In this document: positions 15,557-27,600 of the stretch, one piece after another | How the letters are laid out: each line of letters opens with the position of its first letter | Position numbering within the stretch: position 1 is the stretch's first letter | DNA from: Ostrea edulis | Taxonomy: Eukaryota | Direction: 5' to 3' | Length of the DNA stretch: 64,000 nt | Assembly: GCF_947568905.1 (NCBI RefSeq) | Contig: NC_079170.1 | Coordinates: 36,332,001 to 36,396,000, forward strand | The notes under the pieces: generated by a model | What the model was told of the DNA's origin: nothing | Databases searched by the model: none | The model's input: the letters and a program-made list of their open reading frames with translations, nothing else | Translations under genes and position numbers: made by a program

Positions 15557-18500
15557 CACACACCCCCCAAACCCCAAAATTTTCTCAGTATTGGAGACAT
15601 TTAATCAATTACCTGAAGATCAGTAAATATAATTTTCCTTGCCAATTGATTTATGAAAAATATAACTTTTTCTGAAATGCAATAATCAAATCTGTGTATA
15701 ATTCTATTAGAATTTACCATTCGTGTTAAAGTATGAAATAAAAAGACGTATCTTTATAGGGTTAAAAGTGTAAATAACACACACACACACAAAATAAAAA
15801 TAAAATGTGATAATATATTTATATATAATATTGGGGGCGAGTTGTCTCAAGAGAAGGGGGCAACTTGTCCTAAGAGAGGGCGAGTTATCCTAAGAGGGGG
15901 CGAGTTGTCTTGAGGGCGAGTTGTCTTGGGGGCGAGTTGTCCAGCATTCCTTTTAAACACTGCTATGTTACACCAATTTAGGTCAAATCTTTATACACCA
16001 GGCTGTCTTATGTTCAGGTAAATTTTACAAATCTTTATACACCAGGCTGTCTTATGTTCAGGTAAATTTTACAAATCTTTATACACCAGGCTGTCTTATG
16101 TTCTGGTAAATTTTACAAATCTTTATACACCAGGCTGTCTTATGTTCAGGTAAATTTTTACAAATCTCTACACCTGCCTAGAAAGACATCTCCTTACCTG
16201 GCTGAGGAATCCCCAGGTCATTAACACCGGCAGTGGGTGGGAGGCCAGGATAGGTTTAGAACTCTCTCCGACCCCCCCACCGATCAGCTGACCATCAGCA
16301 TTATAGGCAGCCACAGCAAAGACATAACGCTCGTTTGGCCGCAGTCCAGACACCCGTAACTCACATCTAAAACTGGGAACCTAGAGACAGAAAGTTCGAG
16401 AATATAACAAGCAACATACCAAACTGGTCCAGGTTAATGGGACAATAGCTTTAGTTGTAATGATAAATCCAATAGAAAATAATACTTTTCACGATGATCG
16501 GAAATTCACTAAATGAGCAGAACTGGGTTGCCTCCCTTACGCTGATTTCTCTAAACTCACCTCATCACCTGTCCCAGGGAAGTTGTAGTCGTTCAGCCGG
16601 ACCTTCACATTACTGCCCGAGGATGACCGAGCAAAGATCCTGTACCAAGCCACCTGCAGTTATACATACAGTATATTCAACTCTCCATCATTGAGATATC
16701 AAATTCTTATATGAATATTGCAGTTTTGAATTTTCTCCAAATTATTCACATAATTTTCAAGCAAACTCCATTTCAACATCATTTAGAATTCATGATTATC
16801 ATTTCTACATTATGTTACAGTGATTTCTACATTATGTTAAGGCAACTGCTAACACCATCTACCCTGGATTTTCACTTCCACAACCACAGCAAAATAAAAA
16901 GGCAGTAATAATGAAAAAGCAGTGAAAATAAAGCTGTACATAATAAAATTTCAAAGTATTTGATATCAGTCTGCCAATAGAATCCACATGCTCCTCAAGG
17001 CCCCTTACTTACCACCTGTCCATTCTCTGGAGAGAAGGGTGCTGGTTTGAAGACCATCATGGAATCTGTCCTACACAGCAGTATGGGAGGTGGGGGCACC
17101 TTACGAGGCTTGTCCGGGACCTCAGAGACATTGGTATTCTCTGTGTAGACCCTCTTCTCATCTGTCTGGCTCTTCTGGATCATGTTGACAGCATCCTGGG
17201 AATTAATCAAATAGAGAATTTCATGTGTACATCCTGGGAATTAATCAAATAGAGAATTTCATTGTGTACATCCTGGGAATTAATCAAATAGAGAATTTCA
17301 TTGTGTACATCCTGGAAATTCATCAAATAGAGAATTTCATTGTGTACATCCTGGGAATTAATCAAATAGAGAATTTCATTGTGTACATCCTGGAAATTAA
17401 TCAAATAGAGAATTTCATTATGTACAAACTCTATTTATTGTGTATATCAAGGGAATTAATTAAATAGAGGATTTCATTATGTATATCCTGGAAATTAATT
17501 AAATACAGAATTTTATTGTGTACATCCTGGAAATTAATTAAATAGAGAATTTTATTGTGTACATCCTGGGAATTAATCAAATAGAGAATTTCATTATGTA
17601 TAATTATCCTGAAAATTAATCAAATAGAGAATTTCATTGTGGACATCCTGGGAATTAATCAAATAGAGAATTTCATTATGTATAATTATCCTGGGAATTA
17701 ATTAAATAGAGAATTTCATTGTGTACATCCTGGGTATTAATCAAATAGAGAATTTCATTGTGTACATCCTGGGAATTTATCAAATAGAGAATTTAATTAT
17801 GTACAAACTCTATTTATTGTGTACATCCCGGGAATTCATAATATAGAGCATTTTTTGTGTACATACTTTATTCAAAGTATATGTGCAAAATGAATTCACT
17901 TACAAGTGGCATTTTTTGGCCATTTAAAAAATGTGTGTCTTGTTGAATTATCATTCAATGGCTGTTTCTCGATAATATGTCTTGGTAAATTATCAATCTC
18001 ACACTGTGACAAAAATTTCTTCCTGTTTGTAAATCAGCAATTATTCTAATCTTACAAATATTTCAGGATCTATGTCGTATAAAGCTGAACTCTATAAGAG
18101 TGGCATATGCTCGCTTAGGAATGCAGATAATTCACTCCAACATTTCATAGCATTTATTTTCAGAGAAAAATTTCATGGGGATTAAAATCAACATTTTTTC
18201 CTGATTTCATAAAAAAACAACCTTGACCACCTGTATTTGCAGTAATTAACTCACACCAAACTCAATAACATTCATTAAGTTCGTTGACAAATTATTTCAT
18301 TGTTCCCCTGTTTGATATTAAGATTTTTAAGACTTTTATGAAATCATTTTTTTTAAAACTTTGATTTTGAATTAAAAGGAGTGAAATGAACTAAGCTTAT
18401 TTTCATTCCAATGCCTGCTGCCGTTGAGTGATTCAAAATAGCCCAGCATCCGCAGTTTATATAAAGTAAAATAAAGTAAGATTCATCTCAGCCAATGTCT

Positions 18501-21500
18501 GACAACTGTGAAATGAATCCAAGTTCATCTCATTTCAAGGTTTCAATAAATTTAATTTAATCTCAGTCTACATTGTATGTTTACTGCCTCTGATTTAATT
18601 TAATCTCAGTCTACATTGTATGTTTACTGCCTCTAATTTAATTTAATCTCAGTCTACATTGTATGTTTACTGCCTCTGATTTAATTTAATCTCAGTCTAC
18701 ATTGTATGTTTACTGCCTCTGACTAAAATGAATTCTAAAAGTTTCATCTTGGTCAATGTCTGCCAGTTTATGAGCAAAATTAAGTGAATTAAGTTTTAAA
18801 TTAGTATTTGTCCATGTTTGCCACCTCCAAGTGAAGTTTAATCTCATGCTGACGTCTGCTGTGAGTGCTCTAGATTCCGGAAGAACTTTTGTATCCATAC
18901 CTGAAGTAGACTTTTCTGCTCTGTGGTGGTGATTCCAGAAGTACTGAGGAGTAGGGATTTCTGCATGAAAAGGAGGGCCTTAGACAGGTAGTTCTTCCTG
19001 CAGGCTCCCAGCAGCTCCTTATAATCCTCAATGTAGGCGGGGCTAAAATCTGGACTGTCATCCTGTCAAATGTAAACAGACATGTCAAGTTACAGGTACA
19101 GCTTTCTAACGTCAACTCCTTATAATCCTCAATGTTGTCTATACTCATTATCTGAAATATACACTAACCTGTTTCAAGACATCCCTTCGTTTGAATGGTT
19201 TGGGGATGTTTTCTGCGGGGTCCGGACCCATTCCTGCCAGCTTCAGACAGACCCTGTGGTACATCAGAATCAGCTCCAGGTGGAGATCTTTAATGGTGTT
19301 CCACACCGCTGTGGCAGAGCCTTTACCGCCCTCCCCGGGGGCTGAAGCATCCTCTTTCCCCTCCCCCTCTTCTGTTGACTTGACCCCTTCAGTACGGTTT
19401 GTGTCTCGCTGTGAGGCAGGTTCGGGAGTGAAGACGTCGTCCTGAATGTCCTGTTAAAACAGAAATAAAACTGAAACACCATGAGAAAAGTCCACTAATC
19501 ACGGAGTATGGAGACAGACTGCCTCGTGTCCTAACACTCACTAATAACAGACCATTAATGTCAGACCAACAAAAACAGAAATCTAGAAATTCTCAGATTT
19601 TACATCATTTTATAAAAGATAAAATATCAAACTTTAAGAATCATAATCTCTCATCTGCATCTGAGTTAAATAGATGATACCAAACATTTGTACCATGTCA
19701 GGAATTTATCACGATCCATTTTATTACACAGAAAGGTAAAACTTGATTAAAAGTATAAAAAAAAAAAAAAAAAAAAAAAATCTTTCAAAATAAAAGAATA
19801 ACTGTTCTAACCTAAAACTGATACAGTAAATAACCACAATTCAATGGAAAAAAATATATCATCACCAAGCTGGGCAATGTCCAATTAAAAACATTTTTTT
19901 TTTTTTTTTAAAATGGAGGGGTGGGATATATGGTTTAAATAATCAATACAAATAGTAAATTAACTTATGTAAAATCATGTACATTTTGATGGAAACCATT
20001 GAACCCTTGTAACAATAAGGATAGAGGGAAAGGTGGGGGGTTTCTCTCCAGAATTCTCACTTCACACTTGTTCATTAAATTCCATTTACTGTAAACCAAC
20101 TTTTATTTGTGATCATGGCTTTATTTCACAACCAATATAATCCTAAACAAAACACGAGACATTAAAGGACTGGTTCGTGGTGAAAACCTCATGAACATTT
20201 TTTTACATGCGAATAAAATTACAGCATATAAAAAGATATAGTAAAACTCGTGACCATGATAAATCCCTGCAAATATTATAATTAGTTTTCAATAAATCTG
20301 GGATAAAATTCAAAGCTGTCACTCATGCACATAACAACGATACAGACAACAACTTAGTTCTGTAAGTTATCTCAGCCTGCAAGCATTTTCTTTGTTTGGT
20401 GGTGAGTGGTTTAATTGAACATCAAAATTCAAGGCATGCAAATCTGGTTAGAGACTGAAACAAAACATATCAAAATGAATGCACATGAATCTGTGAAACT
20501 GAATTTGTGAGTCAGGTTGGGAAAATTAAAATGAATTAGATGATGTCTTTCTAGCTGGTCAGGATGGTTGATGCAGAATTTTAAAACCTTCCACCAATGA
20601 GTTGTCATGGCAACACAGGACGTTAGAATGTGCCCATGGGGTCAAGTGGCATGAAGCCGAGACACTTACCCGACTTGGGTGGACTTACCAGACTTAACAA
20701 ATCACTTGCAATACTTTTGGTGTCCATATCCAGATGTGTGGGGGCTTTCTTAGGGGGCATCGTCTGATGCTCCTCCAGCTGTATTACCATGGTTACCACA
20801 CAAATATCATCATTCATTATTAACCATGATTCAGCATGTACTATGTACACTGCCTTAGTAGTATTCTACAGCTTTAGATTACAAAGCATTTTCCTATAGG
20901 TATACAGCTAGTATGGGTAATTTTGTGTATAATTAAACATGAAGGAGGAATAACACACCAGAGAAATATGCTGGATGGAAAGTGGAGGATATGTACCGCA
21001 ATAGTTTGAAACTGAAATATTCAAATCTAGTGAAATAAAATGCAGATTTAGAAGAAAGTAATTTGGGGGAAAAATCAAAACCCCTGCTAGACTCAAATTC
21101 ACAAACTACAGATCAGCAGTCGACATGTTAACCTGCCTAGCTACCCAGCTAGGCCAGTAGATATTTTTTAAATATATACATGTATTGCCAATATTTTGAT
21201 TTTCAATAAAGTTTCAAAAGGAAGTTGGCCATTATAACCATGTCTTATTCCTCCTTAATGAATATCAATTATCAATTTCTCTAAGATTACGACTGTAGCA
21301 GTTTACCTATAACTAGACAGTGTTTTGTTAATAGTATAAGTATATATATGTATGCACCCGCACATGCGATCTACTGGAATAATACATGTAAAGATAGTAA
21401 AACATTCGATCCTCTACATGATGTACATCCAGAAAAAAATCCTTGGAATATAAACATCAAACTATATCGCCTTCACCGGACAGGTCTTGTGCTGTGTAAC

Positions 21501-21869
21501 ATGTCAATAACATCACTTTGTTGCCCTTCTAAAGAGCAGACAAGTAAAGGCAATATAATCAGTGACATCAAATTGTCTGGATATTACACTGGTATGTAGC
21601 CAGGCCGTTAGCTTCCCATATTTCTCAAAACAGGAAAAGTTAAGATTTCTTAATTACTTTATTTGTACTTAAAAGAAATCATCATACTGTATTTTGGAAA
21701 AAACTAAATTTGATTATTTTCTTATCACACCCAACTTAGATACCTTACATGTATATGTGAAAGCAAAAGTTCACGTGGGAATGAAATAAAACAATTTTAG
21801 CAATCAGAATTTATCAATATTAAGTGTTTTATTGTGTTTTTGAAATCTTTCTTTAATTTGGTTAATTTT

Positions 21870-21907
<38 letters not shown>

Positions 21908-24559
21908 ATTCAATCCACCATTTTCATCAAAAATATTTAAACATGACTTATACCACTTTAAACCACAAAACTTCAATGAGAGATAAATCGCACACAATCA
22001 TCTGTCCATCATTTAATGCCCCAGGCATAGTTTAGGTATAGAAATTAAATAAATTAGCACATGTACCAGCTTTCTTCTTAATGTTTATCATTGTTAGCTA
22101 GGTTGTGATATTTACCTTTGCCCAGCTGACATCCGCAATGGATTTCCCGTCACTGAGTGCCACTGCCTGGCGGGCGTATGACACGTTCTTCAGTCCCAGA
22201 TCCAGTATGTCCCTCGCCTGCAATAACTGTTGTCGAGGATTAATGTTCAGCATTGACGAGGACAGCATGGACGTTCTGGACACTAGGTGGTGTTGGCTTC
22301 CGTCTTGACCAGCCTCATCCAGTGACATTTTGGAGCCACGCAGTGCAAACGTTCCCTCTGAAAGAAATATAAAATTGTCAGCTTTATTCCTAATACTTTA
22401 AAAAAAATTGAATTCTTGATAACTACGAGTTACTGGTAATTTTATGTTGTATGCAATAATTGTGCATGAATTAGATATTAATCAGTGAAGAGTTTACTGT
22501 CATATTACATAGCTGGTCATATCCAAGGTTTGAGTATTCTGAAATTAAAAACCTACAACAGTTGTTATCACATATTAGTGCAAATTCTGTTAGTGTGAAT
22601 TACAATACTACTGTAAGACATGCTACCTCTATTAAAACATAAATCATGATCATTCATGCATGAAATATATTGTTTAATTTTTCAACATTTCTTGATTGTG
22701 TTCACAAGAACCACTTGTGACTCAGCATAAATTCTGAATCTGTCTTCTTTGAATAAATAAGGATTAAAAGTAATTGTCATGACATACCCACAATCAAATA
22801 AAGATTGAGCTTGCACGCCTGTCATGACACACCCACTACCAAACAAGGATTGATTTGTCATATGACACACCCACTACCACACAAGGATTGATTTGTCATA
22901 TGACACACCCACTACCAAACATGGATTGAGCTTGCCTATCATGACACACCCACTACCACACAAGGATTGATTTGTCATGACACACCCACTTCCAAATATG
23001 GATTGAGTTTGCCTATCATGACACACCCACTGCTACATGTACATATGGATTAAAATGGCTTGTACCTGTCATGTTGTGACAGTAAGTTCCACTATTCTGA
23101 TTAACTAAGAAACAGACACCAGGTACACATTTCTGTCTATTAAATTATACCACAACCACTCTAATCATTTCACTACAGAAGAAGGTATGTCTGTGTACAC
23201 TACTGTGTGCAGATGATGAAGGCTATACAATGTGTGCCTAAATTTTACAGAAATTCATTCTTTTGAGGAGGAATGCTACACCAGAGAAATTTGATGTAGA
23301 TGAAAAGTGGAGGATTTGTACAACAATAGTTTGAAGTTGAAAATTTTCAAATTTACTTTATTTTGTCAAAAAAATACAGATTTAGCAGAAGATAGTCTGA
23401 AAAAAATTTAAAAACCCTGCTGGACTCAAACCTGCGACCTACAGTTCACCAATCGGTATGCTAACCTACTGAACTACTCAGCTAGGTATTTAAATTGAAA
23501 AGGAAAAGTCAAATATTGCTAATATTAATTTTTAAAGGAAGTCAGCCATTATGACGATGTAGAGTACCTCCTTAAATTATATCCGAGACAAATTTAATAT
23601 AAATTTTCAAATCTGATGGATAGAATAATATTCTTTCCATTTCACATCAATGTCATGTCAACAAATCAAATTCATGGAAAACAACCAAAATCTGTTATAT
23701 CATTCTGTATATTCAGCCAATTATTTTTCATCAAAATTCAAAAGCTAAGATATGGTAAACAATTAGATAAAAATTCATGTTGACACTCTGCAATTATTTA
23801 TGTGGTAAGAGAACATTCAACAAAACTATTATTTCAAAAACAGGTAAACCATGAATATTCATGCATTTCTTTTGCCAACTCGCAGCTTTTGTCATATGAT
23901 AGAGCTACAAATCAACCAAGCGTGAAGACAGAGGACACCGTGTCCACTGAAGCATAGACAGACCAGTCACGGCTGAATGACACTCAAGTCTTACCACGGG
24001 TACTGGAAAGGCGAAAGGACGCCAGCGTGCTCTCCTCATCCGGAGAAAACTTGGAACTGTGGGTAACTAACTTAGATCTAAAAAATCCTGGACGTTGACA
24101 GCAATAGAAGGAAAGAGAATGCATTATGTTACTGGATATACAGAAATATGTTAATACACAGAAGCATTGGTAGATCGAGTGTTAACATCAAGCAATGTTT
24201 AGTGTGCACGGGAGTGAGAAGGGAACAATGGACAAGCGCAAAATAAACCTGGAATAATTACTTTATCTCTGATAGACATATTTAGTGAAAATTGAAATCT
24301 ATAAGCATGTACTGTAAAAGTGAGTTGTTTACACGTGGGGGAAATTTACATCAATTATGCAGTCAAGTAATAAGTGTAAATTTCCCCCACATGTAAAGTT
24401 GTAAATATTTAATATATATATTTTAGTTACTGCACATTTTTCTCCCACGCAAAATGTTGGACATGGAAAAACGCGTCCTTAACCCCCAGCATAAATAACC
24501 AGTTACAGTACTTTAAAATCTGTAACTTATTAAGTGAATGGACCAAATGTACCTGGTAA

Positions 24560-24603
<44 letters not shown>

Positions 24604-27600
24604 TATATATATGGAATATACATATAATATTTTTTTTATTGTTTTATATACATGTGAACATGAGTATTGCTATTACGTTGTATTTACATTTCCAACTGTT
24701 TTCTCTTTGATAACCCTTTGAAGCTTCAATGTGTTAATTTCTCTATGTATATACAAAAATTGATGTCAATTTTTCACTTGCATAAAATTGAATGCTGACA
24801 ATGGGTGGGGATAATTGAAATTTACATGGAATTCCATGAGTATTTCAATTAGTATTTAACAGGCAGTATTTCTATGTCAATTTTATGTTTATTTGTTTGG
24901 TGTCCCTTCAAGAATTTTTTATTGATATTCAGATGTCTCAAGCTGTAGGTGAAATACCACAAATTTTGACCTATGCTTAGGACTCAGGGCCGTAACAGTG
25001 AGGGTTCTTTAAGATGCCAATGTCTGCCGCAACATGGGACCTGTGTTTGTAAGGTCGTTTCTGAAAGACCTCTAAATGCGGAACATTTGGTGAACGATTA
25101 ATCACTACCTATGTTTATGTCTTAGGTCTTAAGTGGCCATGGCACAATTGGGGCTCGAACTCACGAACTGACCCAGTTGTGAAGTGAACAATCTACCATC
25201 AAACTATCATGACCCATCGATTCAATATTTTCATTTTTATTTGAAACATACATGTAAATATAAGGTACCAGTGTCTAGTTTGTTGGATGTGTGAGGTGAT
25301 TAGCTACATGTACAATGGAAAACAGGATAATTTGCATAATTGCATATCTGTTATGCATATACATTGTAACATGATTCCTTAAATATAAATATAGTATATG
25401 GGTATTTACTGTATTGCGTACATGGGTATGATTGTAATCCAAACTATGGTAGCATCACATTATAATTGTGAAATACATATAATACTACACTATAAACCAC
25501 ATTTCATATCATAGATAAACATCCATTATTAAGCAATGAAATTTAAAAACACCTGTATTCCATTTATTCATACCATAAGATTTTTGCAATGTAATTACTT
25601 ACCGGTAGTAAATAATACATTTTTTAATGATTTCATGAAAGATCTGCAGAATAATATATCTTTTAATTATCTTACCATCATCAATGTGAGCACTGCTCTC
25701 AAACACCAGAGCCAGCCTCAGGACCACTTCAGCGGTCAGTGCAGGGTCAACACTGCTGATACCACACCAACACAGGACTTTGTGGACAACATCGAGGATG
25801 TAAACCCACTGTAATAGAGAATGTAAACCCACTGTAACAGAGAATGTAAACCCACTATAATAGAGAATGTAAACACACTGTAATAGAGAATGTAAAGATA
25901 CTGTAATAGAGAATGTAAACCTTCTGTAATAGAGAATGTAAACACACTGTAATAGAGAATGTAAACCCACTGTAATAGAGAATGTAAACATACTACAATA
26001 GAGAATGTAAACCCACTGTAATAGAGAATGTAAACATACTACAATAGAGAATGTAAACCCACTGTAATAGAGAATGTAAACCCACTGTAATAGAGAATGT
26101 AAACCCACTGTAATAGAGAATGTAAAGTTACTGTAATAGAGAATGTAAACACACTGTATCAGAGAATATAAACCTGCTGTAATAGAGAATGTAAACACAC
26201 TGTAATAGAGAATGAGGACTGTTAACCCCCTGTAAGAAAAATGAGGAATGTAAACCAACTGTATTAATGAATGAAAGTTGTAAACCCATTGTGATAGAGA
26301 ATGATGATTGACTGTAAACCCATGTCATAAAGAATAATAGTTATAAACCCACAACATAGAATGATCTAAATCTGCTGTACTAGAGAACCTAGGATATCGA
26401 CACAGGATTTAAACCCTAGCGCTACAGAAAATAACATAGAGTATTGCATGACAGACAGACAGATGGATGAAAGCACGAGTAGATGCCTTTAGTCTGTTAA
26501 CTATGGGACATGATAAGAAAATGAGGAACTAACTCGCTAACTTACCTTATTTGGGTTTTCCATCTTTTGGAGATATTTTGGGTTGTCAGCTGAGCCGGAC
26601 TGGTGCTTCTGAAACACAGACTTTGTTTTGTTCCACAGAAAGAGGGCTGCATCTACCACCATGTCCACTTCTATCTTTGAGGGCTGGAATCAAAAGAGGA
26701 ATTTTTTCACTGATGCCTAGGGAAATTCTTGAAGAGGGTTAAATCAACGAAGCCCTCAGAAACTATCAAAGAAGGCTTCTGCATTAAAGGCTGGGCTAAC
26801 TATCAATCAATAGAAACCTTCTGTATTATAGGCTGGGCTAACTATCAATCAAATGAAAGCATCTGTATTATAGGCTGGGCAAACTATCAATCAATAGAAA
26901 GCTTCTGTATCATAGGCTGGGCTAACTATCAATCAAAAGAAAGCTTCTGTATCATAGGCTGGGCTAACTATCAATCAAATGAAAGCATCTGTATTATAGG
27001 CTGGGCAAACTATCAATCAAAAGAAAGCTTCTGTATCATAGGCTGGGCTAACTATCAATCAAAAGAAAGCTTCTGTATTATAGGTTGGGATAACTATCAT
27101 TCAAATGAAAGCTTCTGTATTATAGGCTGGGCTAACTATCAATCAAATGAAAGCTTCTGTATTATAGGCTGGGCAAACTTTCACTCAAAAAAAGCTTTTT
27201 TATTGAGAGTTAAGAAATTATTGTAACAGGAAGGCAGAAAATACAAAAGACCAAATTGGGATTTGAACCAAGGCCCCTTGGTTCTCTAGTCAAGTGCTCT
27301 ACCAACTGAGCTATCTGACGTCGGTGATAGAACCCATCTGAATGCCACAATATCAACTCATAAAAAAGTTTTCATATGAATTTTAAGGGCTGAACAAACT
27401 TAAAAGGAAGCTTTTCTTCATAAAGGTTGAGAAATTTATCAAATCATATGAAAACTTTTGTACGGAGGGCTGGAAAAACCCTCCAATCAAATGAGGTAAA
27501 ATCCACTCACCACGAATGGTCCATTGACTATTGTCATCATAACCTCCGCCACTTGGATGAGGTCATCATTCAGGCTGAGAGAACGAGTGGAGGTGGCTTA

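Noticed and set aside
20670-20688. Second GTAAGT donor 19 nt downstream of the exon ending at 20689
   Set aside because: It gives phase 1, whereas the next exon needs phase 0, so it was not used in the model.
21871-21908. Long poly-C/G runs (also about 11880 and 48603) as G-quadruplex or regulatory elements
   Set aside because: Simple homopolymers are common in such genomes and prone to length error; no supporting context.
25599-26258. 219-aa hydrophobic ORF resembling a membrane protein
   Set aside because: It is the translation of the 23-bp array joined to the real CFAP54 exon 25808-25676.
26729-27226. 165-aa repetitive ORF (CIIGWANYQS repeats)
   Set aside because: It results from a stop-free 42-bp minisatellite, begins at a non-ATG codon and is antisense within an intron.
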